Source: Negaprion brevirostris
Lineage: Eukaryota
Direction of reading: 5' to 3'
Assembly (NCBI GenBank): GCA_030324005.1
Contig: JARDVH010000150.1
Coordinates: 22,755,822-22,819,821 of the forward strand
DNA length: 64,000 nt
Shown: positions 36,531 to 47,828 of the stretch, one piece after another
Numbering within the stretch: position 1 is the first letter of the stretch
How the letters are laid out: each line of letters begins with the position of its first letter
Notes under the pieces: generated by a model
Seen by the model: the letters and a program-made list of their open reading frames with translations, nothing else
Databases searched by the model: none
What the model was told of the DNA's origin: nothing
Made by a program: the position numbers and the translations under genes

Positions 36531-38020
36531 TGAGTGAGTGAGAGAAAGAGAGATAGAGGTGAGTGTGTATGTGTGGGAGAGAGAGNNNNNNNNNNNNNNN
36601 NNNNNNNNNNNNNNNNNNNNNNNNNNNNNNNNNNNNNNNNNNNNNNNNNNNNNNNNNNNNNNNNNNNNNNNNNNNNNNNNNNNNNNNNNNNNNNNNNNNN
36701 NNNNNNNNNNNNNNGTGCATGTGTGGAGGTGAGTCTCCCAGCCCACAGTGCTGCTTTTGTAGCACAGCGGGCCAGGAGACTCAAGTGGAGGACGTTTCGT
36801 GGGCTCTCCGCTGGGTGTCACAGCCTCTGTGAGTCCCCAGCAGTTGGATTTTCACCACTGTCAGCCTTGTGCCAGAAATTGGGGTGGAACTGCATACTTT
36901 ATTTAAATGAAGATTTTACTACAATTTAAATATGATTAACAGGCCCGGGACTGAAGTTTCCACTAGCCTGAAGGCATGCTAGCCTCTCCTGCCCCTCCAG
37001 GAGTATTTCACTCCAGCAGCAGCAGTGGGGTTTAGTATAGCTCCCCACCTGCATTGAGCTGGCGGTCCGACCCCATTGGAATGTGGGGGGGGGGGCGGGT
37101 GGCGGCGGCGGCGCAACTGAGGCCCTCCCCATAGGGTTGGGCATGAGGGGTGGTGTCTCCTGGGCATCACCACATTGGCAATGCCCACAGACCATAGGGC
37201 ATGGTTAAGGAGGGTGGAGCTGGATGGAGCTGGGCCTCGGGGGGGCAATTGGGGGAGGGGGTGGGTGTCCCACTGCCATTCTGCATTTGGGCTGAGTGAC
37301 AGAGGGAGGGAGGCTAGCGATCAGGGCTGGGGGGNNNNNNNNNNNNNNNNNNNNNNNNNNNNNNNNNNNNNNNNNNNNNNNNNNNNNNNNNNNNNNNNNN
37401 NNNNNNNNNNNNNNNNNNNNNNNNNNNNNNNNNNNNNNNNNNNNNNNNNNNNNNNNNNNNNNNNNNNNNNNNNNNNNNNNNNNNNNNNNNNNNNNNNNNN
37501 NNNNNNNNNNNNNNNNNNNNNNNNNNNNNNNNNNNNNNNNNNNNNNNNNNNNNNNNNNNNNNNNNNNNNNNNNNNNNNNNNNNNNNNNNNNNNNNNNNNN
37601 NNNNNNNNNNNNNNNNNNNNNNNNNNNNNNNNNNNNNNNNNNNNNNNNNNNNNNNNNNNNNNNNNNNNNNNNNNNNNNNNNNNNNNNNNNNNNNNNNNNN
37701 NNNNNNNNNNNNNNNNNNNNNNNNNNNNNNNNNNNNNNNNNNNNNNNNNNNNNNNNNNNNNNNNNNNNNNNNNNNNNNNNNNNNNNNNNNNNNNNNNNNN
37801 NNNNNNNNNNNNNNNNNNNNNNNNNNNNNNNNNNNNNNNNNNNNNNNNNNNNNNNNNNNNNNNNNNNNNNNNNNNNNNNNNNNNNNNNNNNNNNNNNNNN
37901 NNNNNNNNNNNNNNNNTGTGTGAGTGAGAGAAGGGAGCTGAATGTATATGAGAGAGTTAGGTGAGAGTGAGAGGGTGCATGAAAGAGAGAGGTGAGAGAG
38001 ATTTAAGTGCATCTGTGAGA
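36140..38020. repeat. (TG)n/(GA)n microsatellite and low-complexity tract with gaps and a GC-rich repeat core
   Basis: Pure (TG)n at 36477-36527, mixed TG/AG runs on both sides, four N-gaps. Confidence 0.9.
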
Positions 38021-38730
38021 GTTTTGCTGGAATTTTACCACCTCGCCTGCCTAAGGCTCTCAAGATCCTGCCCCAGGCCAACAGAAAATGCTGTTCTGTG
38101 AGCCTTGCCCAACCCAATTCCAGAGTGGATATGCTGTAAAGTTCCGGCATATGTGCATGTTTGATACGAGAATCCAGCTATCCAATAGTGTTCCTAATAT
38201 TAAACAATTTGTGAGCAAAAGAAACAGCATCACTCCTCTCATTAACAAAGACAAAAGGGTAAGACTTAAGTGTTGAATAAGAGAACTTTTTAACGAGGGA
38301 TGGATGAAGCCATGACAGATATAAAAATCTTTAAGATCAAGTTGTTGCCAGACCAGAAACCAGTGTAGCTAAGTGAGCGTGAGGATGATGGGTCAACAGG
38401 CAGCAGAGTTTTAGATAATCTTAAATTAATGGATGGTGGAGTTTAGGAGGTTTGTCACAAGTGAAATGATATAGTCAAGTCAAGAGGTAATAAAACATGC
38501 ATTAGAGTTTTGGCAGCAAATGAGCCTGGTAGGGGTGGAATTGGCTGGTGTTGTGGAGATGGAAATGGGCAGCCATTGTGATGGCAAGAGTAAGTGATTA
38601 CTAATTCAGTATGGAGGGAAATATGACATTAGGGTTGCAAACAGGTTAGTGCAACCTCAAAGAGTTCTCAGGATGGAGTTTGTGGCAGGGACCAAGGAAG
38701 ACTTTGGTCTTCCAAATATTTATTTGGAGA

Positions 38731-39011
38731 AAACTTCTAATCATTCAATATTGGCCTCCAATATTGGTCAAACCAAATAAATCATTCAGTATTGGATGTC
38801 AGACAAATATTGGATGAATCTAGAGAGGTTGTGGTGAGGGGTGCTGTCAGGTGAAAAGGACAAAGTTTTAAAACTTCTAATCATTCAGTATTGGCCTCTT
38901 TTAAGGTCAAACCAAATAAATCATTCAGTATTGGACATCAGACAAATATCGGAGGAAACAAGAGAGGTTGTGGTGAGGGGTGCTGTCAAGTGAAAAGGAC
39001 AAAGTTTTAAA
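38731..39011. repeat. Tandem duplication, two ~140-bp units, inside an L2-like remnant
   Basis: Units start aaacttctaatcattca.tattggcctc (38731, 38872) and end gtgaaaaggacaaagttttaaa. Confidence 0.9.
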
Positions 39012-39064
39012 GTTTCATTGATAGGCCTCCATGGAAAGGTGCCCAACTAGTGAAACAGATTGGC

Positions 39065-39380
39065 TCAGCCAGCATTTATTGCCCATCCTTAATTTCTCTT
39101 ATCTGAGTGATTTGCTAAGCCATTTCAGAGGTCAATCAAGAGCCAACCACATTGTTATGGGTCTAGAGGCACACGTAAGCAAGACCAGGAAGGATAGCAG
39201 ATTTCCTTCCCTAAAGGGCATTAGTTTTTACAACAATCATTTTATGATCATTATTATGCCTTAAATTCCAGATTTTTGTTGAATTCAAATTTTACCTTCA
39301 GCCATAGTGGAATTCAAACCCGTGTCCCCAGAGCATTACCCTAGGTCCAGTGACAATGCCACTACACCAGCAACTCCCCT
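39065..39380. mobile_element. Interspersed retroposon fragment, second copy at about 61335-61845
   Basis: Shared aagag.caaccacattg.t.tgg.tct.gag.caca.gt...cagatttcc.tccctaaag...ttaa.ttccaga. Confidence 0.6.
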
Positions 39381-41254
39381 ACATTGAGGATAAGTATGGT
39401 TTTATATCTCTGGAGGCTGTTTGAATTTACTACCTTCCGCGAGGACTGACTTGCATAATAAAACATCCCGCTGGGTATTGTCAGCATACATGTGAAAGCT
39501 AATGCTTTGATTTTGGATATGTTGCTGAGGGGCAGCATGTAGATGATAATAATAGGAAGGAGCCAACAATAGATCCTGGTGGATGCCAGAGGTAATAGGA
39601 ACATGAAGAGAAGCCTTTGAAAGTGATGCTTTTGTTACAATTAGTTAGACAGAGAGAACCAGATATATATGTATTGCCACTCATCTGGGCAACAATGGGG
39701 GTGCATGCAGTGGTCAACCATGTCAAAGGCTGTAGACAGATCATGAAGGATGAAGAAGNNNNNNNNNNNNNNNNNNNNNNNNNNNNNNGCACTTGTGAGT
39801 TTGGTAAGAACAGCTTTGGTACTATACTGACAAAATTTAGTTGCCAATTTTTATATCTCGAAAGGAAAGTGTCAAGGCTAGCAGGGCATGTTTCAGCAAT
39901 ATCCACTGAAATGTTTTCCTCAATGGCTTCAGAAGTCATCAGATATCTCTGGGACAGAAGTTCAACTTACTGACAGGCAGTAAAATAGATTGCTGCTGAT
40001 TACCTGCCCAATATGGGACCTGCCCAATTTCACTGCCATTGATTCCTCAGTCAATAAAAATTGAGTGGTTTCTAGAACAGCTGACCAATCTGCAGAATCA
40101 GATTTACTACCAAACTCTAAACCATTATTTACCGGAAGCAAGAGTCCAAGAGAATCTCTTTTTAATTAAAATCCTGAGAACAACAAAATGAACACCATCA
40201 TAATATTAATTTTTACAAATTCCCTTACATAGCTTTCAGGATTTTCTATTCAACCGAATAAACTTAGGATGCCAGCAATTCTAAAAATAAATATGTAACA
40301 TATGTAAAGCTTTTAAACTTTGTCCTCCAGCTTTTCTTATACATGTTAACAATAATAAAGTGTAAGCAATAGGATGTCTCTCAATTTGACACGCTTCCTA
40401 TTAAGTAGCTTTTATTTAAAAATTTAATTGAAATCCTAGTTGAATTGGTTGTTCAGTTGTATCAAAATAATTTTCAAAAACACACTGCAAGGTCTTTGTT
40501 TTGAACAAAGGAGATATTTGAGAGTTTACGATTCAAAAATGAAAATCTCCTATGAAATGTGTGCAATTTTAAGCATCACTAGTAGTTTTTCTGTGACATT
40601 ACCTGATGAAAATCAGGAGGCTATGCTGTTTTATTAATGTTAAGTCATAATATATTGTATTATCAGGGTCACTGATTTACATTGACTGAGTAAGTGCAAT
40701 CTTCTTTTTATTATACAGCATTTTGGATTGTTAACTGGTGCTTTAGAGGTTGAATTCTACAACTTATTTATTGTATGACGACATTAAATGATGGCCTTTG
40801 TTTTCTTTGTATTCCTTCAAATATATATACTAAATCTCATTCCACAATTAATAATTGCAGCAAGATATATAGCAATACAGGTAAGACATGGGCGCACTGC
40901 ACTGGAGGGAAGTTATGGTCATTATATTTTTCTGGGAAATCCTTGGCTTTGGTAGCAGGAGGAGTTTGTAATAAAGTTTGGTACAGCCAAAGGACTCTGA
41001 TGCCCGGAAACAATGCAGTGGAGGTGTTGAGTTTCATCCCTCTACTCATATTCCTCTCAAAGTTGTTTTCTGCATGAATATCATCCTCATCTATTCCTCC
41101 CTTCAGCAGTAGTGGATCTTGGTTGTTTTTATTCCTCCCTCCTCCGAAACATTTCCCAAAATCCCTGTCTCCTGTAAACATCCAACTGAAAATTACTTTG
41201 GTCAACTTTAGTCCAGTTATAAGGGCTGTCAGTTCATAGAACAGAAGTGTACAT

Positions 41255-41805
41255 CAGGTGAATAGCTTGGGCTTGTACCCGCTGGAGCTCAAAAGAATGA
41301 GGGGGATCTGAGTGAGGTATCTAAAATGTAAAGGGTCTGGATAATGTGGATGTTGAACAGATGTTCCCACTTCTGGGATAGTTATAGGATGGGAATTTCC
41401 AGCTGCGCTCATCTGAAAATCAGAAAATCCCGCCTGAGGTCAACGGAACTTTTCATGGTCTGCCCCTTGCCTACTCCAATTCTTGTGGTGGGCGGAACGG
41501 GAAAATTCGCCCCACAGAGTGAGAGGAGGTAGGTTCAAAACCGGGATGAGGAGAAACTATTTCTCCAAGAGGGTTGTCAATCTGTCGAACTAACTGTGCC
41601 AGAGTGCAGTGGAGGCAGAATCAATCAACAGATTCTTGAAAGAGATAGATATGTTTTTGATAAAAAAGCGGGATCAAGGGCGATGGGGAGCATGCAGGAA
41701 AGTGGAGTTGAGACCAGGATAAGATCAGCCAAAATCGTGCTGAATGGGGCTCGAAGAGCTGAATTTCTTACTCCCCCTCCTCATTCCTATGTTCCTATAA
41801 CATGA
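41255..41805 (+). mobile_element. CR1 3' end interrupted by a ~130-bp hairpin MITE-like element (about 41388-41514)
   Basis: CR1 gcttgtacccgctggagctc..aagaatgagggggatct, resuming ggatgaggagaaactatttctc...cctatgttcctat. The insert resembles 43165-43289 and 34079-34204. Confidence 0.7.
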
Positions 41806-42977
41806 CACGAAACTGACAGTCTGATTCAAGGAAGTAACAAAAAACAATTGGTGTACAAAATGGGAATGTCTGACCACCACAGTAAAAGATCTCCCCAAGA
41901 TCTCAATTTCAAACATATTATTGGAGCAGAATAAGGGGAGTCTTCCTCTATGCATTTATTTCAAATAACTCAAATTATAAATGAATATTTTTACACAATA
42001 CTGGGTAATGGACGTTCTTGATTGATTGCTAAGGTTATTTTCATCACTGAGATTGGTTTTGCATCATTTTAAATATTAAGCACATCAGGTGGATAGGCCA
42101 CAGGTTTAAAGCTCTATTGACAGGATTCTACGGAAAGGTGCCCAACCACCGAAGCAGGTTGAGGATTAAGTATGATTTTACGTCTCCGGATGATGTTTGA
42201 ATTTACTATCATATGTTAGAGCTGACTTGCAGGATGAAACTGGCTGATCTTTAAAACAGAAATAATCTACACCAAAAAAAGCAAAGCTCATCAGAACTAG
42301 TTTGTTCTATTGAGATAGACTGTACGTTGCTTTTATATGACAGCTGTATTCGTGTCAGGGTAAGTGAATTTATAGGGAGGTATGGGAATTTCCTCTGCAT
42401 TCTTGAAAACATGAACTCCTTCCTCATAAATAGGGCTATGGCTTAGTCCATAAAGCACACCAAGGATACTTCACTGATGGTTCACTATGTACGGCACAAC
42501 AATGTGGTCAGTTGAAATTGTAACAAAACATTAAGAACTACAAACCTGGGTATGATCATGCCACTTTATGTCCTGTAGCCTGTGAGTGGCAAATGATTAG
42601 TGAATTATTTTGAGAATTTCCTTCTGAAGTGAACAAGTTTCAGTGCAAGCATGAGCATACTTCATCTTGAAGTTTCGGGACAAAATTAAATGTTTTTGTG
42701 CTGATAAACATGTCTTCTTCACTCATGGAAAAGATTGATAGAAGGATTCAGGGACATGAGGAAAATCCTTTTCACCCAGAGAGTGATGGGTGTCTGGCAT
42801 TCACTGCCTAATTGGTGTTTGAGGCTGAATTATTTAGCATTTAACTGGTACCTGGATCTGTATCTGAAGTGCTGTAGTCTTCAAGACAACGGACTCGGTG
42901 CTGGAAAGCGGGATTAAAATGAGCAGCTAGTTTATTTTTTTCTCTTATCTACAGGAAATTACTAGCGGCTGCTAGAC

Positions 42978-43076
42978 TAAAAACAGAAAGTGCTGGAAAA
43001 TCTCAGCAGATCTGACAGCATCTGTGGGGCGAGACTAGAGCTAACGTTTCGAGTCTGGAATGACCCTCCATTAGAA
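42978..43076 (-). mobile_element. Second Penelope-like family terminus with decayed hammerhead motif
   Basis: aaaacagaaagtgctggaaaatctcagcag.tctgacagcatctgtgg; minus strand ctaatgga-gggtc-attcca-gactc-GAAAC-gtta. Older related pieces at about 44110-44232 and 46320-46437 (plus). Confidence 0.6.
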
Positions 43077-43164
43077 GGGTCTGGTTGGTACAGGCACAAT
43101 GAGTTGAATGATCTTTTTCCACACCAGAACTTTTCTTTGGTACCATGGCTCACTGACATGTCAG

Positions 43165-43289
43165 GTGGGTTTTTCTGGCCGTGCTCACCCCAAAACTGGA
43201 AAATCCCACCTGAGGTCAAGGACCTTTCCAACGGTCTATCCCTCACCCGCTATGACTCCCGTGGTGGGCGGAGTGGGAAAATTTACCCA
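43165..43289. mobile_element. Short MITE-like element with imperfect terminal inverted repeats
   Basis: Ends ggtgggtttttctggcc ... gggaaaatttaccc; shares gaaaatccc.cctgaggtcaa.gga.ctttc with 41415-41455. Confidence 0.5.
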
Positions 43290-45237
43290 GTCGTGTCCAT
43301 CTTTGACAATAAATATAACCAAATATATGTTTGCTAATTCCATTTAATCTTTTTAGTTTAAATTCTGGACAATAACTTGTACAAGGTTTTCAGAGGAAAA
43401 GGGGATTAATAAATGTTCCTTACTTCAGATTGAAATATATGGTCTTAGGATTTCCCAAAGTGGCTTACGTGTCCCATAATATCAGCTGCCACTTTGACGT
43501 AGTGAACTAGAACCATAAATCCTACAGTACAAGAAGTGGCCTACTGGCCCACCATATGCTGGCTTTGTGAAAGATCTATTCAATTGGCATGGAACGCAGC
43601 ATACTGGTTGACCTTTGAAATCGTTCTAAAAATGTGAGTTGACTTATACATCGAGTATAAGATATGAATCACCAGTGTGGGTGTGGGCGGTTGCCATTTT
43701 GAAATGTGAAGACGACGAAACAATAGCAGTAATTCATACTAAATTAATGTGGCACAGTTTATTTAATGAGTACAACTTGGTTACTGGTTAGCTACTTGGG
43801 GCCAGTGAGCTAGATTGTAATCATCCTGTAAATTCCCATGTTCCTAATTTTCATCTGATTGTGCAATGCCTATAAGCACTGCCTACCTTTGTACATAAGA
43901 TTAGAATTTCATCAGTGTCTTATTCCACAGCACAATACATCTCATGGACTGTCACTTACACTTATTTGATTCTGTCTCTTCCCTCAATGCTCTAATCATA
44001 ATTTTCCACTCCATGTCACCTTGGTTTGGCTGTATCTCCATTGATGAGAATGAACAGAAAGTTGTAAGCCAATGGCACTAGAGTGGGAAATTTGGATCTC
44101 ACGTTTTTGACTTCCGGCAAAGGGTCAACATTTGAAGCATTAACTTGGTTGCGCCCTCCCTGTAGATTCTGATTGACCTGTGGCATGTTCCTAAGATTTT
44201 CGGTTTTTGGTTCAGATCTCCAACATGTGCACTTACTCCTTCTAACATTTGATGTTATTTCCAGCGAAGTGTAATATCTAAGCAATTTCAACGATAATCA
44301 CAGAGAAAGTATTCCTTGTTGTGACTGGCAGTCGACTGGTGCTAACTGATAGTCACTGACATTCAATGAAGTGATTAGATCGATCTATTAGTGTCTCAAC
44401 GCCTCGTCGGTGATTTGACTGTCAAAATGCATGATTGGAAGTGAGTTACATGAAAGCTAGATACTGGAAGAGCTCAGCTGCTACAAACTAATTTCCGTGC
44501 ATTTTAACAATCAGGTCATAGGGAGTTATAAACAAAAAAAAACAGGTTAAATGGTTGAAAGTTACTTTGGGGCCCAAGCAATATTTGGATAAACAGTAAA
44601 ACTAAATGCAAACATACAGTAGATGGAATATGATTGAATCAAATGCTTCCCTCATTATCTCTTCACATCATTAACTTTGCATTTAAAATGTGTAAATTCA
44701 CACTAAAATTAATTAATTATCAAATGAGTGGAAATATTCTGTACCAACAAGTGAATAATTCAAAACCAAGTGCACGAGAGCCAAACTACTGCTAAAGTTT
44801 CACTACCCACACCAACGCTGCAGTCAACACAAAGGATCAAGCCTTTAAAAATTCATCCTCAACCTCCACCCTCGATCCCACAAAGAATTACACAGTCAGG
44901 AGGATGTCTCAGAACTTCAGTGCTTTGAGCAGGCTGGGGGCACATTTTGAGTGCTCCCATCTGAAAATACCAAAAAATCAAGCTGAAGAGCTTTTGACCA
45001 AGAGATGCTGGGTAATTCACAGTGCCCCCATAAAGACATTATGCAGAAGAAAACTGTACATGTCCTTTCAGACTCTCTACAAGGGGAAATGCTTCAACCT
45101 TTAAAAAAAAAGGTCAGCTCTTTGAGGTCCAGCCCTCAATCTTGGACTAGACTCCAAGGGCCACACAATCACTGAGCAGTTGGCTCATACCCTAACATGA
45201 CTTTGTACATCTGTGCTGTGTCTACACCAGATCCAGG

Positions 45238-45482
45238 GGATGGCATGGTGACAGTGATTAGCATTGCTGCCTCACAGCACCGGGTTCAATTCCAGTCTCC
45301 GGTCACTGTCTGTGTGGAGTTTGCATGTTCTCCCCGCATCTGCGTGAGTTTCTTTCGGGTGCTCCAATTTCTTCCCACGCTCCAAAGATGTGAGGGTTAG
45401 GCTGACTGGTCATGCTAAATTGCCCCATAGCATCAGGGGGACTAGCAGGATAAATATGTGGGGTTAAGGATTTCGGGCCTGA
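45238..45482 (+). mobile_element. HE1/V-SINE-type SINE
   Basis: ggcatggtgacagtgattagcattgctgcctcacag; gtctgtgtggagtttgcatgttctcccc; catgctaaattgcccc. Confidence 0.82.
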
Positions 45483-47510
45483 CTGAGGCCGTGAGATACA
45501 TGAATGACCAGATCATCTGTTTAAGCAGTGTTGGATGAGATTAATCTGGGCCAGTCCATCGAGGAAATTCACCTATTCCTCACTGAACAGTGAGATGAGG
45601 TAATTTATGCCNNNNNNNNNNAATCATTTAGTGGAAAAAATATAAAACACCCTCTTATTTCATTGGCTGGGATTCTCTGGTCTCGTTTGCCCTACCCCTG
45701 CTGCAAGCGTGAATGGAAAATTTGGTGTTCAGCCAAAACTCCACTCACTGCAGCAGAGCCGGAGAATCTCAGCCATGGGCGATATTGGAGAAGTCTGGCC
45801 ATTATCTTTCAGCAGATGAAGATTCAGATCCACATCCCCTTTACTCCCCACGTATCCTTTAGTTTGGGTTCTGAGAGACTGGCATTCATCAACAGCTCCT
45901 AGCTTTATGCTACTAAATCCGGCTTTCTTCCCCTGGCAATATAATTGTATATACAGTTTTCTTTTGATCAGCCTACAATTCTGTTCCAAGGATAAATGTT
46001 GGATTTAGCAGCATTAATGCCATAGATACGCTAATAATTCAGTGCGAACACAATGTCCTGTAAAAGTAGCTGTGGAGTATCAGTTTTGAGCCTGTTTAAG
46101 TTGAGCTTGAGCAAGAGATTTCCCCAGCACCACTCATCCCGGTTGTGAATGGGTTGACGTACAGCCCATTTAAGGGAATATCTTGCTGGGCTGCAGAGGA
46201 AGGTTGTCTAATCAATAAATCTCACTCTAGGCCAGCCAATCTACCATTTTGGTGGAACTGAGAGGTGTAGCATTTTAAAGATTGCGCAGCATGTAACAAA
46301 TACTTTTATGCACATTCGATGGCTGGAAACTAACTTTGGTTTCCTTTCTGCACAGGTGCAACCTAACCTGGTGAATATTTCCACCATTTCCTATTTTTAT
46401 TTCGGATTTCTAGCATCCACAGTATTCTAGTTTTGTACCTGGTGTTCTGAATCCTCATTCTTCTCTAATTTGTTTATCCTGACACCTTTCTCACCTCTGA
46501 ACCTTTAGGTATAAATTGAACTCCAATGTTGCAGAGCCAGCTGATTAAATGGATGAGATTAGAGGTGATATGTAACACCAATGATTTTCACAGCAGGCCA
46601 CTTGTTTCAGGTGTGAAATGCTTGGGTATCAGATAGCTAACGTATCAAAGGACAAAAGATTGTTGTCACCTGATATTTTGAATCATCACACCAAATATAG
46701 CTGTAAGCATCCTTAAGGACACTCAATGGGTTTGCATACATGCTCAGTTGGGAAAGAAAAAATAAGAAGGTGGTGGGGACAAAATTCCTTGGTGGGCAGG
46801 GACAATTTTCACAATTACAGAATGGTAGATCCTTAGGGTCCCTGACAATGAACTGTGGAATTAAATAGCTCTCCTTACGGATTTGTGTTAATGCCAGGCT
46901 GTCAAAAGGCTTCTACATCTTTTGAAAATTATGGGTTGCAGGAACTTCTTTTGGTTTGGGCCTCAATGACAAAAAGCAAATACCCAGAATTTTCTGTTCA
47001 ATGACTGGCTTTTTATCAGGCAGTTTTGCTGACCTAACCTTCAGATTGTAATGCCTTACTATGAAGGTGCTGCCTTGTCTGATTTGCTGCAGAAGTTTTA
47101 ACTGAAGGTGAGCTACCTTCCATTCAATACTGGTGTGAGATCAGCTCCATGAGACTGAAAAATGCTAACATCATTATTTGCACTGGATGCAGTATAACTG
47201 CAATGAGTGAAAAATGAACACTTTTTTAAACTTTAATTTTGAAGTTTACCAAGTTGACTCTAGTAAAGAGCTAACTGTCCTATCTGCTGTTCCATCACAA
47301 TGACAATTTATCTAGCATTCAGATGGCAGGCATCAGAACACCATGCAAGAGTTTAAATGCACTCTGGTAATGCTGCTTTTCACCTACTTTCTATTGGTCT
47401 AATGTAGGTCAATGATGTCTGAAGCTTAAACCAAATGGTACACAGTGACAGAATAACAAATTCAGTGAGTTCAATATAACTGACCGACTGAAGAGATCAA
47501 ACACAAACTT

Positions 47511-47645
47511 AACAGTGACAGCAAGGGAATACCACTGTATATATCAGCAACACTGACAGAAGGATGTTAGTACCACCATATACATCAGTAACACTAAGAT
47601 GGAGAGAACTAACACTGTATACTTCAGTCACACTGGCAGAGTGAA
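47511..47645. repeat. Degenerate ~39-bp minisatellite (about 3.5 units) just downstream of NFIC exon 3
   Basis: aacagtgacagcaag...tatatatcagc / aacactgacagaagg...tatacatcagt / aacactaagatggag...tatacttcagt / cacactggcaga. Confidence 0.6.
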
Positions 47646-47686
47646 TGCTACAATCATTCAGATATGTCACAAAGCTTGATACTCAC

Positions 47687-47758
47687 CAATTGTTCCTGTC
47701 TTGCTGTCCTCAGCTTCAGAGCCAATAGCAGGCCTTGGGCTGCCACCCTGCTCTGGTT
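47687..47758 (-). CDS. NFIC: NFIC internal coding exon (equivalent to human exon 3), 72 nt, phase 1-1
   Basis: Minus strand ttttttttccttcag|AACCAGAG...ACAATTG|gtgagt. Translates (E)PEQGGSPRPAIGSEAEDSKTGTI, similar to human NFIC [24 protein letters not shown] (recalled). Confidence 0.93.
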
Positions 47759-47828
47759 CTGAAGGAAAAAAAAGGTTTGGATGAGTGGAAGAACAGTTGG
47801 AACAATACATGAAAAAGCTACAACGGTA

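Noticed and set aside
36057-38150. Longest ORFs in the track (196-278 aa)
   Set aside because: They run through N-gaps and (TG)n/(GA)n microsatellite; not genes.
38751-38776. TTGGC..CCAA elements as NFI autoregulatory sites
   Set aside because: Do not match TTGGC(N5)GCCAA spacing and sit in a LINE remnant.
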